A stretch of 64,000 bases of DNA from an uncultured Eubacterium sp. (GTDB lineage Bacteria; Bacillota; Clostridia; Lachnospirales; Lachnospiraceae). Location of the stretch: assembly GCA_910577295.1 (NCBI GenBank), contig CAJTLS010000015.1, positions 823 through 64,822 on the forward strand, in the 5' to 3' direction. The notes under the pieces were generated by a model. The model saw only the letters and a list, made by a program, of their open reading frames with translations. It was not told where the DNA came from and did not search any database. A program made the translations under genes and the position numbers. Shown one piece after another: positions 16,937 to 25,991 of this stretch; position 1 is the stretch's first letter, and every line of letters begins with the position of its first letter.

Positions 16937-17862
16937 TGGAAGAAAGAAATATAGCAGAAGAGATAGATTGTTATATTGCCCAAAAGAGGTATCGTCTGAT
17001 TAATAGTGTAATTCTTTGGCAGGAGGGTGAGATTCTCGCAGAAAATTATTACAATGGCTTTACGAGTGAGAGCCGGAATGTTATGCGTTCCGTTATAAAA
17101 AGCATTTTATCGGCAGCTACAGGGATTGCGTGCAAACAAGGAAAACTTACCGATCTGGATACGCCGATAGCGACATATCTGACCCCGTTTCGTGAGGGGC
17201 GCAACCCAATGCATAGTATGATAACAGTTCGCCATCTGCTGACGATGACATCCGGCATTTACTGGAATGGGGGAGTTCATTATCATTGTCCGATGATGGA
17301 GCAATTGCGCCGATCGAAGGACTGGGTGTCCTATATTGCGGATTGTGCGGTAACGGATATCCCGGGCATGAAGTGGAATTATAAGGAATTTGATATGATT
17401 CTGCTGGCAGCTGTTTTAGAAAAGGCTTGTGGCGATTTATATGATTTTATCGAGCAGGAATTATATGTTCCGCTTGGGATTCGGAGCGGACGTTGGTTTC
17501 GGAGTCCTGACGGCGTTTATTACAGTGTGGCGGATAATGAGAAAAACGAGGCGCCGTCTAATTTGACAGCGAGGGAGATGCTGGCAATCGGACAGTTATA
17601 TTTAAATGGGGGAGTTTTTAACGGAAAGCGTATTTTGACGGAAGACTACATACAAGAATCAACGAAACCGCATATGGAGCCAAATTATGGTTATTTGTGG
17701 TGGTGCAGTCCGGATTGCTTTTCCGCCATGGGGTTTGGCGGGCAGAGAATTACGGTCTTTCCGGAAAAGCGAGTAGTCGCTGTTGTTCAGGCGACCCCGA
17801 CGCCGAGCGGGAAAGCTTACGACGATATGGTATTTGAGATTGTTGGCAGATTTTTTGGCTAG
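16933..17862 (+). CDS. Serine hydrolase of the beta-lactamase/PBP4* family
   Basis: S-x-x-K motif (SVIK) near the N-terminus and a beta-lactamase-family-like sequence. ATGA overlap with the uvrA-like stop. Confidence 0.75.
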   Translation: MMEERNIAEEIDCYIAQKRYRLINSVILWQEGEILAENYYNGFTSESRNVMRSVIKSILSAATGIACKQGKLTDLDTPIATYLTPFREGRNPMHSMITVRHLLTMTSGIYWNGGVHYHCPMMEQLRRSKDWVSYIADCAVTDIPGMKWNYKEFDMILLAAVLEKACGDLYDFIEQELYVPLGIRSGRWFRSPDGVYYSVADNEKNEAPSNLTAREMLAIGQLYLNGGVFNGKRILTEDYIQESTKPHMEPNYGYLWWCSPDCFSAMGFGGQRITVFPEKRVVAVVQATPTPSGKAYDDMVFEIVGRFFG

Positions 17863-17956
17863 CCTGACATTTCTCTGTACATTTATCCCTGATTATGCTA
17901 TTCTGTAAAAGAACAGAGGGATATTTTTTATCATATATAAAAAGGAGATGGGGACA

Positions 17957-18283
17957 ATGTCAGGAGTATGGCCAACCTATATGATAGTATATCTTTTGGG
18001 AACTGTATTTATGGTTGCAAATATGTTTCGGTGCCTGTGGAGTAAGCAGCTATTTAATCCGCCAAGCCTTGAGGAGAGCAAAGATGAAACCGACCGTATG
18101 AAAGTGCGCATTATTTACGGAGTAGCGCAAGGGGGAATGTTGATTATATATATTGTTTGTTTTATCAATTTCAAAAATCTGGCGGCTTCAATGATTGGAT
18201 TTGCAGCAGGCGTATTATTACCGATTGCGATTGTATTTCTGTTTAATATGTACTTAGAACGTGTAAGCAGGAAATTGTCATAA
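17957..18283 (+). CDS. Small membrane protein, hypothetical
   Basis: Three hydrophobic segments. AAGGAG SD 9 nt upstream of the ATG at 17957. Confidence 0.45.
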   Translation: MSGVWPTYMIVYLLGTVFMVANMFRCLWSKQLFNPPSLEESKDETDRMKVRIIYGVAQGGMLIIYIVCFINFKNLAASMIGFAAGVLLPIAIVFLFNMYLERVSRKLS

Positions 18284-18381
18284 TACCTTTTGTTTCAATA
18301 TGATAAAATATGTACTTGCATTTTTCTTATTGTTATGGTAACATAACTAATGTTGACGTGGTAAAAAGTATCCCGTATCGG

Positions 18382-18455
18382 GGACCTTTAGCTCAGTTGG
18401 TTAGAGCATCCGGCTCATAACCGGACGGTCCGGGGTTCGAGTCCCCGAGGGTCCA
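18382..18455 (+). tRNA. tRNA with CAT anticodon (Met or lysidine-modified Ile2)
   Basis: Hand-folded cloverleaf: acceptor GGACCTT/AGGGTCC, anticodon loop CTCATAA, T loop TTCGAGT. Confidence 0.9.
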
Positions 18456-18459
18456 TTTT

Positions 18460-18533
18460 GGCCTAGTGGCTCAGTTGGTTAGAGCGCCGCCCTGTCACGG
18501 CGGAGGTCGTGGGTTCGAGTCCCATCTGGGTCG
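18460..18533 (+). tRNA. tRNA-Asp (GTC)
   Basis: Anticodon arm CCGCC-CTGTCAC-GGCGG and T arm GTGGG-TTCGAGT-CCCAT. Confidence 0.9.
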
Positions 18534-18568
18534 TTCAGGAGGAAAGCTATTCCTCTTGTATGAAATAC

Positions 18569-18654
18569 GCTGGTGTGGCGGAACTGGCAGACGCCCAGGA
18601 CTTAAAATCCTGTGGGTAGTGACACCCGTACCGGTTCGATTCCGGTTACCAGCA
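18569..18654 (+). tRNA. tRNA-Leu (TAA), class II with a long variable arm
   Basis: Anticodon arm CAGGA-CTTAAAA-TCCTG, a long variable arm and T loop TTCGATT. Length 86 nt. Confidence 0.9.
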
Positions 18655-18826
18655 TAGTGAGGCTGCGTGTGAGAGCAGCCAGATAGAGAAAGTAATACGA
18701 TTTAACGAGGATGTCGTTAGGTGGTATTACTTTTTTCTTATCTTATTAAGAAAGTTCATCCATTGTGGAATAAAAATAGGAATGAATACCTATTCCCGTT
18801 GATACAATAGAAAAAAAGGCTTTTTT

Positions 18827-19960
18827 ATGGAAATTTATATTGTACAGACAGGGGATACAATAGATACCATTGCTGAAAACTATGGAGTGTCGGTTGAATC
18901 AATTTCCTATATTAATCAGATTCCGTTTCCATATGCACTGGCAATCGGTCAGGCTGTTTTGATTGACAGAGGGGACGAGACAGCGCCGACGAGAGAGGTG
19001 CAGGCGAACGGATATGCGTATCCGTATATCAGTCCTTGGGTGCTCTCGCAGACGCTGCCATATTTGAGTGCGCTCCTCGTCTTCTCTTATGGCTTTACAA
19101 CCGAGGGGGAGCTGCTTCCACCTGCGGTATCGGATGAGAATATGCGGGAAGCGGCTGCGCAGGCAGGGCGTGACAGTGTTTTGACATTGACGCCGTTTGG
19201 TCCGGATGGGCAGTTTAACAATAATCTGATTCATCAGATGTTAATCAGTTCTTCTGCCAGAGAGCGTCTGATGGATGAACTTTTGGCAACGATGCCGACG
19301 AAAGGGTTTGCCGGCGTCGATGTGGATTTTGAATATATTTTGGCAGAGGATAGGGATTTATTTACGTCTTTTGTGGCAGAGCTGCGCCGGAGAATGAATG
19401 AAAACGGATATCGCGTAAGTGTTGCGCTTGCGCCGAAAACATCCGCAAATCAATCGGGGCTATTATATGAGGGAAAAGATTATCGGGGACTTGGTGAGGC
19501 GGCGAACGAAGTGCTGCTGATGACGTATGAGTGGGGATACAAATATGGCCCCAATATGGCTGTGGCGCCAATCAATAAAGTGCGTCAGGTTGTGGAATAT
19601 GCATTGACAGAAATTCCGTCCGAAAAGATATTACTCGGCATACCAAATTATGGATATGATTGGATTCTGCCATTTATACGAGGGGAGAGCGAGGCGGTGA
19701 CAATAGGCAATGTTGAGGCTGTGCAAATCGCCATTGCCAATGATGCACAAATCCGTTTTGATGAACTATCGCAATCACCGTTTTTTAATTATGAAAGGGA
19801 TGGTGTTTTGCACGAAGTATGGTTTGAGGATGTGAGAAGTTTGCAGAGTAAATATAATTTATTGGAAGAATACAATTTGCGGGGAATAGGCGTGTGGCAG
19901 ATTATGCGTCTTCAGCGGGCTATGTGGCTGCTGCTGGAAAGCAGATTTACGATTCGCTAA
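18827..19960 (+). CDS. LysM plus GH18-like spore cortex-lytic type hydrolase (YaaH/SleL-like)
   Basis: N-terminal LysM (YIVQTGDTIDTIAENYGVSVESISYINQI) and the GH18 motif GVDVDFEY. Confidence 0.75.
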   Translation: MEIYIVQTGDTIDTIAENYGVSVESISYINQIPFPYALAIGQAVLIDRGDETAPTREVQANGYAYPYISPWVLSQTLPYLSALLVFSYGFTTEGELLPPAVSDENMREAAAQAGRDSVLTLTPFGPDGQFNNNLIHQMLISSSARERLMDELLATMPTKGFAGVDVDFEYILAEDRDLFTSFVAELRRRMNENGYRVSVALAPKTSANQSGLLYEGKDYRGLGEAANEVLLMTYEWGYKYGPNMAVAPINKVRQVVEYALTEIPSEKILLGIPNYGYDWILPFIRGESEAVTIGNVEAVQIAIANDAQIRFDELSQSPFFNYERDGVLHEVWFEDVRSLQSKYNLLEEYNLRGIGVWQIMRLQRAMWLLLESRFTIR

Positions 19961-19980
19961 CAGATAATGAAAAAATAAAC

Positions 19981-20021
19981 GGGGAACTGCGGACTTTGAA
20001 AGCTTTGTCGCGCAGTTCCCC
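19981..20021. terminator. Bidirectional terminator between convergent genes
   Basis: GGGGAACTGCG / CGCAGTTCCCC stem flanked by A- and T-runs. Confidence 0.65.
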
Positions 20022-20044
20022 ATTGGTTTTTCTATGAAAAATGG

Positions 20045-22039
20045 TTATTTTTCATTGCGATACTGGATTGGCGTCATGTCATATAATTTGCGGAATGTCC
20101 GGCTGAAATGCTCTACTGTCTGATAGCCGACGGAGAGAGCGATGTTTTCCACCGTCATATTTCCATTTTTGAGAAGCGTTCTCGCCTTTTTCATTCGTAT
20201 ATTCGTCAGATGTTCGCCAAATGTCTTTCCCGATTTTTCGCGGATATATTTGCTGATATACGGTTCGCTCAGATGAAACTGTGCCGCCATATCCGAAAGC
20301 GTTATCATCTGATAATTGGCCTGCATAAAATTAATCATGCCCATCAGGCGTTCGTCTTTACAGACCTCGTTTTTTTTTATATCCGGCAGCTTATTGACGC
20401 ATACGCAAAGTGCATGAATGGATGCCTTGATAATATCCTCGTCGATGCCAACGCCCCAGAAAATTTCACCGTTACAGGTGATATTGACATATGCGATTGC
20501 CTTTGAGGAAGAGCCTTGTGTGAGGGAATGTTCCTCATAATTTGACAATTGATAGCTAATGCCAAAGTATTGCTTAATCGTATTACTGACAGCGTCGAGA
20601 CGTCCGTTACCGTTGGCGTCTACTACTGTTTTTTTGTCGCCGCAGACAATCGTTGTCTCTGCCATAATGCCATCGACCTGTTTGAAATGGCACTCGCTAA
20701 TCTGGAAATACGGAGTAGGCGTAATATAATGCTCTTCAAAGATTTCATAAACCCATTGAGGGGAGAGCTCTTTGTGCTCTTCGTCGGACACATGCTTCAT
20801 CAGATAACCCACTTCTTCGCGCATGGCATCGGGAAGAGAAATGCCGAAGTTTTGCTTTAATATATAATTGACGCCGCCTTTTCCTGACTGGCTGTTAATG
20901 CGTATGACATCGCTGTCATACGTCCGTCCTACATCTTTCGGGTCAACCGGCAGATATGGTACGCTCCAAATGTTAAGCTTCTTATCTTCACGCCACTGCA
21001 TTCCCTTGGCAATCGCGTCCTGATGAGAGCCGGAAAAAGCGGTAAATACCAAATCCCCGGCGTATGGCTGCCGCTCATAAACATGCATACCCGTAAAGTT
21101 TTCGTAGTTGGCGCGGATTTTTGGCATATTGGAAAAATCTAATTCAGGGTCTACGCCATGTGTGAACATATTCATTGCCAGAGTGACGATATCTACATTT
21201 CCGGTGCGCTCGCCATTGCCAAACAGCGTTCCCTCAATGCGCTCTGCCCCGGCCAGTACACCGAGTTCGGCGGTGGCAACGCCGCTTCCACGGTCGTTGT
21301 GCGGGTGCAGGCAAAGCGTAACGGCGTCACGGTATTTCAAGTGCTTGTGAATGTATTCCACCTGTGTGGCAAAAACATGCGGCATGGCATTTTCAACCGT
21401 AGATGGAATATTGATAATCGCTTTGTTGTCAGCTGTTGGCTTCCATACATCCAGAACGGCGTTACAGACATCGACGGCATAATCCACTTCCGTACCCGGA
21501 AAACTTTCAGGACTGTACTGGAAAGAAAAACTTCCGTCCGTCTCGTCCGCTAATTCCTTTAAAAGGATGGCGCCGTCAACGGCAATCTGCTTAATCTCTT
21601 CTTTACTCTTTTTAAATACCTGCTCGCGCTGGGCTACTGATGTGGAATTGTACAGATGGATGACAGCGTGCGGCGCACCTTTTACCGCCTCAAAAGTTTT
21701 TTTGATGATGTGCTCGCGTGCCTGTGTCAGCACCTGAACCGTTACATCCTGCGGTATCATATCCCGCTCAATCAGCGTGCGCATAAATTCGTATTCCGTT
21801 TCGGACGCAGCGGGAAAGCCTACCTCTATTTCCTTAAACCCAATATCTACTAACATCTGGAAAAACTGAACTTTCTCTTCCAGTCCCATCGGCTCTATCA
21901 GAGCCTGATTCCCATCTCTTAAGTCAACCGAGCACCAAATCGGCGCCTTGTCAATCGTATCCTTTTTCACCCAGTCATAGGTGCATTCAGGCGGCATAAA
22001 ATATGCCTTTTCATACTTTTCAAAGTTTTTCATAATCAT
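20045..22039 (-). CDS. leuA: 2-isopropylmalate synthase (long form with LeuA regulatory domain) fused in frame to a C-terminal AraC-type HTH domain
   Basis: [19 protein letters not shown] and a LeuA dimer/regulatory region up to ...[10 protein letters not shown]. The last ~100 aa, [33 protein letters not shown]...[25 protein letters not shown], are an AraC HTH pair. Confidence 0.85.
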   Translation of the reverse strand: MIMKNFEKYEKAYFMPPECTYDWVKKDTIDKAPIWCSVDLRDGNQALIEPMGLEEKVQFFQMLVDIGFKEIEVGFPAASETEYEFMRTLIERDMIPQDVTVQVLTQAREHIIKKTFEAVKGAPHAVIHLYNSTSVAQREQVFKKSKEEIKQIAVDGAILLKELADETDGSFSFQYSPESFPGTEVDYAVDVCNAVLDVWKPTADNKAIINIPSTVENAMPHVFATQVEYIHKHLKYRDAVTLCLHPHNDRGSGVATAELGVLAGAERIEGTLFGNGERTGNVDIVTLAMNMFTHGVDPELDFSNMPKIRANYENFTGMHVYERQPYAGDLVFTAFSGSHQDAIAKGMQWREDKKLNIWSVPYLPVDPKDVGRTYDSDVIRINSQSGKGGVNYILKQNFGISLPDAMREEVGYLMKHVSDEEHKELSPQWVYEIFEEHYITPTPYFQISECHFKQVDGIMAETTIVCGDKKTVVDANGNGRLDAVSNTIKQYFGISYQLSNYEEHSLTQGSSSKAIAYVNITCNGEIFWGVGIDEDIIKASIHALCVCVNKLPDIKKNEVCKDERLMGMINFMQANYQMITLSDMAAQFHLSEPYISKYIREKSGKTFGEHLTNIRMKKARTLLKNGNMTVENIALSVGYQTVEHFSRTFRKLYDMTPIQYRNEK

Positions 22040-22044
22040 ACCTC

Positions 22045-22372
22045 CGTTTTTGCACAGTCTGTTGTGCGTTATAAAGATAATCGGTCTGAACGATAAAAAA
22101 ACTCCCGCTCCACAACCGATGCGGTTGTAGAGACGAAAGTATACTTTCGCGGTACCACTCTACTTCGTGTCATCAGACACGCTCTCGCAGGCACTGACAT
22201 GCCTTTCCCAAATAACGGTGGGGAACCGATGTGAACTACTGGGAAACACGCGGTTTCCGTTGGAACACATAGCTCAGAGGTGAGTTCGCGATATCTCTTC
22301 TGCTGCCTCGCACCAACCGACAACTCTCTGTGAGAAGATGAACCGTTACTATTCCTCGTCACTGCTTTTACT
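22045..22372 (-). promoter_or_regulatory. T-box riboswitch leader, Leu (CUC) specifier
   Basis: The minus strand reads AGAGUGGUACCGCG (T-box sequence, + coordinates 22148-22161), GAA-CUC-A in the specifier loop (CUC at 22282-22284), an AGAGA box, and a terminator stem plus U-run before leuA. Confidence 0.8.
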
Positions 22373-22483
22373 GTTTTTATATCATATCACAAAAGATGCG
22401 CTTTGGGAATGATTAAATTTAATCATTATTATTGATTTATTTTTTACATAAGTCAAATAGGGAAAACTTTCCAAAATAAATGC

Positions 22484-22512
22484 TTGACTTTTGATTTTTT
22501 ATGAAGTAATAT
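22484..22512 (+). promoter_or_regulatory. Promoter for tRNA-Arg
   Basis: TTGACT (22484-22489), a 17-bp spacer, then TAATAT (22507-22512). The tRNA starts at 22525. Confidence 0.5.
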
Positions 22513-22524
22513 AATACATGCGTT

Positions 22525-22598
22525 GTACGTGTAGCTCAGCTGGATAGAGCACTTGGCTACGGACCAAGGTGTCGGGGGTTCGAATCCTCTCACGTACG
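22525..22598 (+). tRNA. tRNA-Arg (ACG)
   Basis: Acceptor GTACGTG/CACGTAC, anticodon arm CTTGG-CTACGGA-CCAAG, T loop TTCGAAT. Confidence 0.9.
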
Positions 22599-22644
22599 GA
22601 TTAGCGACTGTCGTATACAAAGGCAGTCACATAAAAAAGAAAAT

Positions 22645-22681
22645 AAGCGAAACCGTTATAACTGTCTTATCGGTTTCGCTT
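22645..22681 (-). terminator. Terminator of the DtxR-family regulator gene
   Basis: AAGCGAAACCG / CGGTTTCGCTT stem overlapping the stop codon, with a T-run on the minus strand. Confidence 0.6.
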
Positions 22682-23054
22682 ATTTTCTTTTTTTCCATTC
22701 TCCCTTCAGTGCGAGGAAACTTTCTTCACTAATAATGTGCTCCATCTTGCAGGCGTCTTCCTCTGCAAGTTTATTTGATACGCCCAGAGAGATAAGATAT
22801 TGTGTCAGTACGTGATGTCGTTCATATACTTTTTCTGCAATCGCCTTGCCAGTTTCCGTTAAATAGATATAACCGGCGCCAGTTACGGTTATGTGTCCCT
22901 TTTCGCGCAGATTTTTCATGGCGACACTGACGCTTGATTTTTTAAAGTCCATCTCCGTGGCGATGTCGACAGCACGTACGACGGGTAGGGAATGGCTTAA
23001 AAGTAAAATTGTCTCTAAATAATCTTCTTCCGATTCGTTGTATTTCTTTTTCAC
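22680..23054 (-). CDS. DtxR/MntR family metal-dependent transcriptional repressor
   Basis: ESEEDYLETILLL...VRAVDIATEMDFKKSSVSVAMKNLREKGHI...YERHHVLTQYL matches the DtxR N-terminal HTH and dimerisation pattern. GTG start at 23054 is preferred over the longer ORF. Confidence 0.8.
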   Translation of the reverse strand: MKKKYNESEEDYLETILLLSHSLPVVRAVDIATEMDFKKSSVSVAMKNLREKGHITVTGAGYIYLTETGKAIAEKVYERHHVLTQYLISLGVSNKLAEEDACKMEHIISEESFLALKGEWKKRK

Positions 23055-23211
23055 AACCGGTATCCCCTTTCCGTTTCTTGCGGTGTGAGTCTTGCAATAA
23101 TTCTTACAAAAGTATAGCACGATTCGCATACAGACGCAAGAAATCAAATGTTCTTTCTGCCATCTTCTTATTATGGATAAAAAGCGTATGGCAATTTCCA
23201 GAGAAAGGGTG

Positions 23212-23262
23212 TTGACAATAAAAGTTAGTAGTGATAAACTATAGTTAGTTTTGTGAAACTAA
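23212..23262 (+). promoter_or_regulatory. feoA promoter with overlapping palindromic operator candidates
   Basis: TTGACA (23212-23217), a 17-bp spacer, then TAAACT (23235-23240). Palindrome AACTATAGTT (23237-23246) and inverted repeat TTAGTTT-TGTG-AAACTAA (23245-23262). Confidence 0.5.
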
Positions 23263-23325
23263 TAAAAATGATACTGTATTTTCAGGAAGTAGAGAATGAT
23301 TATTGGGAAAGGAGTGAAAGAAGAT

Positions 23326-23538
23326 ATGAATTTGACAGAGGCAAAGGACGGAGAAGAGTACATTGTAAAAGATATTGCCACGGAAGATGAAGAGTTGGAG
23401 GGGTTCCTGTTTTCCCTTGGTTGCTATAGCGGAGAACCGATTACGGTAATCTCTCACATTAAGGGAGGGTGTGTGGTTTCCATTAAGGATGCCAGATATA
23501 ACATTGATACTGATTTAGCAAAGGCTATTTCACTATAG
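23326..23538 (+). CDS. feoA: FeoA ferrous iron transport protein A
   Basis: 70-aa SH3-like FeoA pattern (LTEAKDGEEYIVKDI...GEPITVIS...GCVVSIKDARYNID), directly upstream of feoB. Confidence 0.85.
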   Translation: MNLTEAKDGEEYIVKDIATEDEELEGFLFSLGCYSGEPITVISHIKGGCVVSIKDARYNIDTDLAKAISL

Positions 23539-23612
23539 GGGCATTCGATATCTGCAGAAGAAAACTATAGTTTTTGAGCTGTGTTTTCCTGCACCATTTT
23601 TTTACACTGTGG

Positions 23613-23631
23613 TTAGTTTAGGCTAACTACA
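23613..23631. promoter_or_regulatory. DtxR/IdeR-like iron box candidate in the feoA-feoB spacer
   Basis: TTAGTTTAGGCTAACTACA matches 15 of 19 positions of the recalled consensus TTAGGTTAGGCTAACCTAA. Confidence 0.45.
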
Positions 23632-23674
23632 GTCGAATGCATCTAAACATAAATAAAAGTAAGGAGGATTTGAA

Positions 23675-25693
23675 ATGAGAATTGCATTGACAGGGAATCC
23701 GAACAGTGGGAAAACTACTATGTATAATGCTCTGACGGGAAGAAATGAAAAGGTCGGGAATTGGGCCGGTGTTACCGTAGAAAAGAAAGAGAGTCCGATT
23801 AAGAGGGGCTATTATAATGGGAAAGAAGAACTGATAGCAGTGGATTTGCCGGGAGCCTACTCCATGTCTCCGTTTACATCGGAGGAGAGTATCACCAGTG
23901 CCTATGTAAAGAATGAAAATCCTGACGTAATTATTAATATTGTAGATGCTACGAACTTGAGTCGTAGTCTGTTCTTTACTACGCAGCTTCTGGAACTTGG
24001 TATTCCGGTAGTTGTGGCACTGAATAAGAGCGATATCAACGAAAAGAAAGCTACGGAAATAAATGAAGAACTTTTGTCCGAAAAATTGGGCTGTCCGGTG
24101 ATGAAGACGGTATCGGTTTCTGTCGGTCATGCGGGATTAAAAGAAGTGGTGGCAAAGGCTGCCGCTCTCAAAGGAAGCGTTCAGAAAGCTCCTTATGATG
24201 AGGGAGAGATTGACTTACATGATAAGAATGAAGTTGAGATTGCCGACAGAAAGCGTTTTGATTTTGTGAAGTCAATTGTGGAGTCGGTTGAGAAACGTAA
24301 GGCGCTGTCAAAAGAGAAAAACGGACAGGATAGAGTTGATGCAGTATTGACACATCCGGTATCTGGATTGGCTATTTTTGCAGTAGTTATGTTTTTAGTA
24401 TTTCATATTTCGCAGTCGGAGGGGCCTCTCGGACTTGGCAAATTGCTGGAAGGCATATTTACCGAATGGATTGAAATTTTTCAGGGCTGGACAGCAGGTC
24501 TTGTCGAAGATGCCAACCCGTTTTTGCAGTCGCTTCTTGTGGATGGCGTTATCGGCGGTGTTGGCGCCGTTGTCGGTTTCCTGCCGCTTGTTATGGTTAT
24601 GTATTTCCTGATTGCTCTTTTGGAAGATTGCGGATACATGGCAAGAGCTACGGTAGTTCTCAACCCCATCCTCAAAAGAGTGGGTCTTTCCGGAAAGTCC
24701 GTAGTACCGATGATAATTGGAACCGGATGTGCTATTCCGGGCGTTATGGCATGTCGTACCATTCGCAGCGAGAGGGAGAGGAGAGCAACGGCAATGTTGA
24801 CACCGTTCATGCCATGTGGCGCAAAGTTACCTGTAATCGCATTATTTGTTGGAGCTTTTTTCCCCGATTCGTCGTGGGTGGGAACTCTCATGTACTTTGT
24901 CGGAATTATTCTGATTTTGCTGGGCGCTTTATTGGTAAAGGCCATTAGCGGCTATCGATACAGAAAATCATTCTTTATTATTGAACTTCCCGAATATAAG
25001 TTTCCGAATTTTAAGAGGGGAGTAATTTCCATGCTTGGTCGTGGTAGGGCATATATCGTAAAGGCGGGAACGATTATTCTTGTCTGTAATACGCTTGTAC
25101 AGATTATGCAATCGTTCAACTGGAAGCTGCAGGTGGTCGAAGAAGGCTTGGAAAATACTTCTATTCTGGCAACGATTGTTTCGCCGATTGCCTACCTGCT
25201 TGTGCCGATTGTCGGCGTAATTGCATGGCAGCTTGCGGCGGCAGCAGTAACTGGTTTTATAGCAAAAGAAAATGTAGTGGGAACGCTGGCGGTATGCTAT
25301 GGATTGAGCGCTTTTATTGATACGGAGGAGCTTTCATTGATTGGGGACGGAAATGTAGTTGCCTCCGCAATGGCGCTTTCCAAAGCGGCTGCGCTTGCCT
25401 ATTTGATGTTTAACTTATTTACGCCTCCTTGCTTTGCGGCGATTGGGGCAATGAATTCGGAAATGCAGAGCAAAAAGTGGTTATGGGGCGGCATTGCACT
25501 TCAGTTTGGAACGGGGTATACGATTGCGTTTCTTGTGTATCAGATCGGTACGTTTATTACAACGGGACATACGGGAGCAGGTTTTGTGGCGGGGCTGTCT
25601 GCAGTACTTATCATGGCTGCAATTGTCGGATTTCTGATTTATAGAACGAACAGGCGGTTTGAAGCTGAGTACAAATTAAAGAAAGCGGTATAA
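23675..25693 (+). CDS. feoB: FeoB ferrous iron transporter (G-domain plus permease)
   Basis: IALTGNPNSGKTT G1 motif, DLPG G3 motif, and a long polytopic C-terminal domain. Confidence 0.95.
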   Translation: MRIALTGNPNSGKTTMYNALTGRNEKVGNWAGVTVEKKESPIKRGYYNGKEELIAVDLPGAYSMSPFTSEESITSAYVKNENPDVIINIVDATNLSRSLFFTTQLLELGIPVVVALNKSDINEKKATEINEELLSEKLGCPVMKTVSVSVGHAGLKEVVAKAAALKGSVQKAPYDEGEIDLHDKNEVEIADRKRFDFVKSIVESVEKRKALSKEKNGQDRVDAVLTHPVSGLAIFAVVMFLVFHISQSEGPLGLGKLLEGIFTEWIEIFQGWTAGLVEDANPFLQSLLVDGVIGGVGAVVGFLPLVMVMYFLIALLEDCGYMARATVVLNPILKRVGLSGKSVVPMIIGTGCAIPGVMACRTIRSERERRATAMLTPFMPCGAKLPVIALFVGAFFPDSSWVGTLMYFVGIILILLGALLVKAISGYRYRKSFFIIELPEYKFPNFKRGVISMLGRGRAYIVKAGTIILVCNTLVQIMQSFNWKLQVVEEGLENTSILATIVSPIAYLLVPIVGVIAWQLAAAAVTGFIAKENVVGTLAVCYGLSAFIDTEELSLIGDGNVVASAMALSKAAALAYLMFNLFTPPCFAAIGAMNSEMQSKKWLWGGIALQFGTGYTIAFLVYQIGTFITTGHTGAGFVAGLSAVLIMAAIVGFLIYRTNRRFEAEYKLKKAV

Positions 25694-25724
25694 GGTATTT
25701 ATATCCGCCTGGAAAGGAGTGGCA

Positions 25725-25889
25725 ATGGTAAATTTAATAATTATAGGAATACTTCTGTTTTTAGCAGGCATGGCAGTACTTTATATAAGGAAAGAAAAGA
25801 GGAAAGGCGCCGGATGTATCGGATGTCCGCTGGGCGGCTGCTGTGCAGGGAAAGGATGTGGCGGCAAAAAGGAGAATGAGAAAGGATAG
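25725..25889 (+). CDS. FeoB-associated Cys-rich small membrane protein (54 aa)
   Basis: Hand-translated MVNLIIIGILLFLAGMAVLYIRKEKRKGAGCIGCPLGGCCAGKGCGGKKENEKG: one TM helix plus a Cys/Gly-rich tail, immediately after feoB. Confidence 0.7.
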   Translation: MVNLIIIGILLFLAGMAVLYIRKEKRKGAGCIGCPLGGCCAGKGCGGKKENEKG

Positions 25890-25991
25890 TCTGCAGCAAT
25901 AAATGGATTTTTGACACAAAGCTGATATAAACAACGGGTTGAATTAAGGGGAAAAATGTGATAGCATAGCCAATAGGAATTGGAGGAAATC

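Noticed and set aside
18466-18657. 63-aa ORF across the tRNA cluster
   Set aside because: It is fully explained by tRNA-Asp and tRNA-Leu on the same strand.
22069-22362. 97-aa minus-strand ORF upstream of leuA
   Set aside because: It coincides with the Leu T-box leader, which accounts for the conservation-like structure.
23627-24130. 167-aa ORF antisense to the feoB 5' end
   Set aside because: It lies opposite the well-supported FeoB G-domain and has no motif. Shadow ORF.
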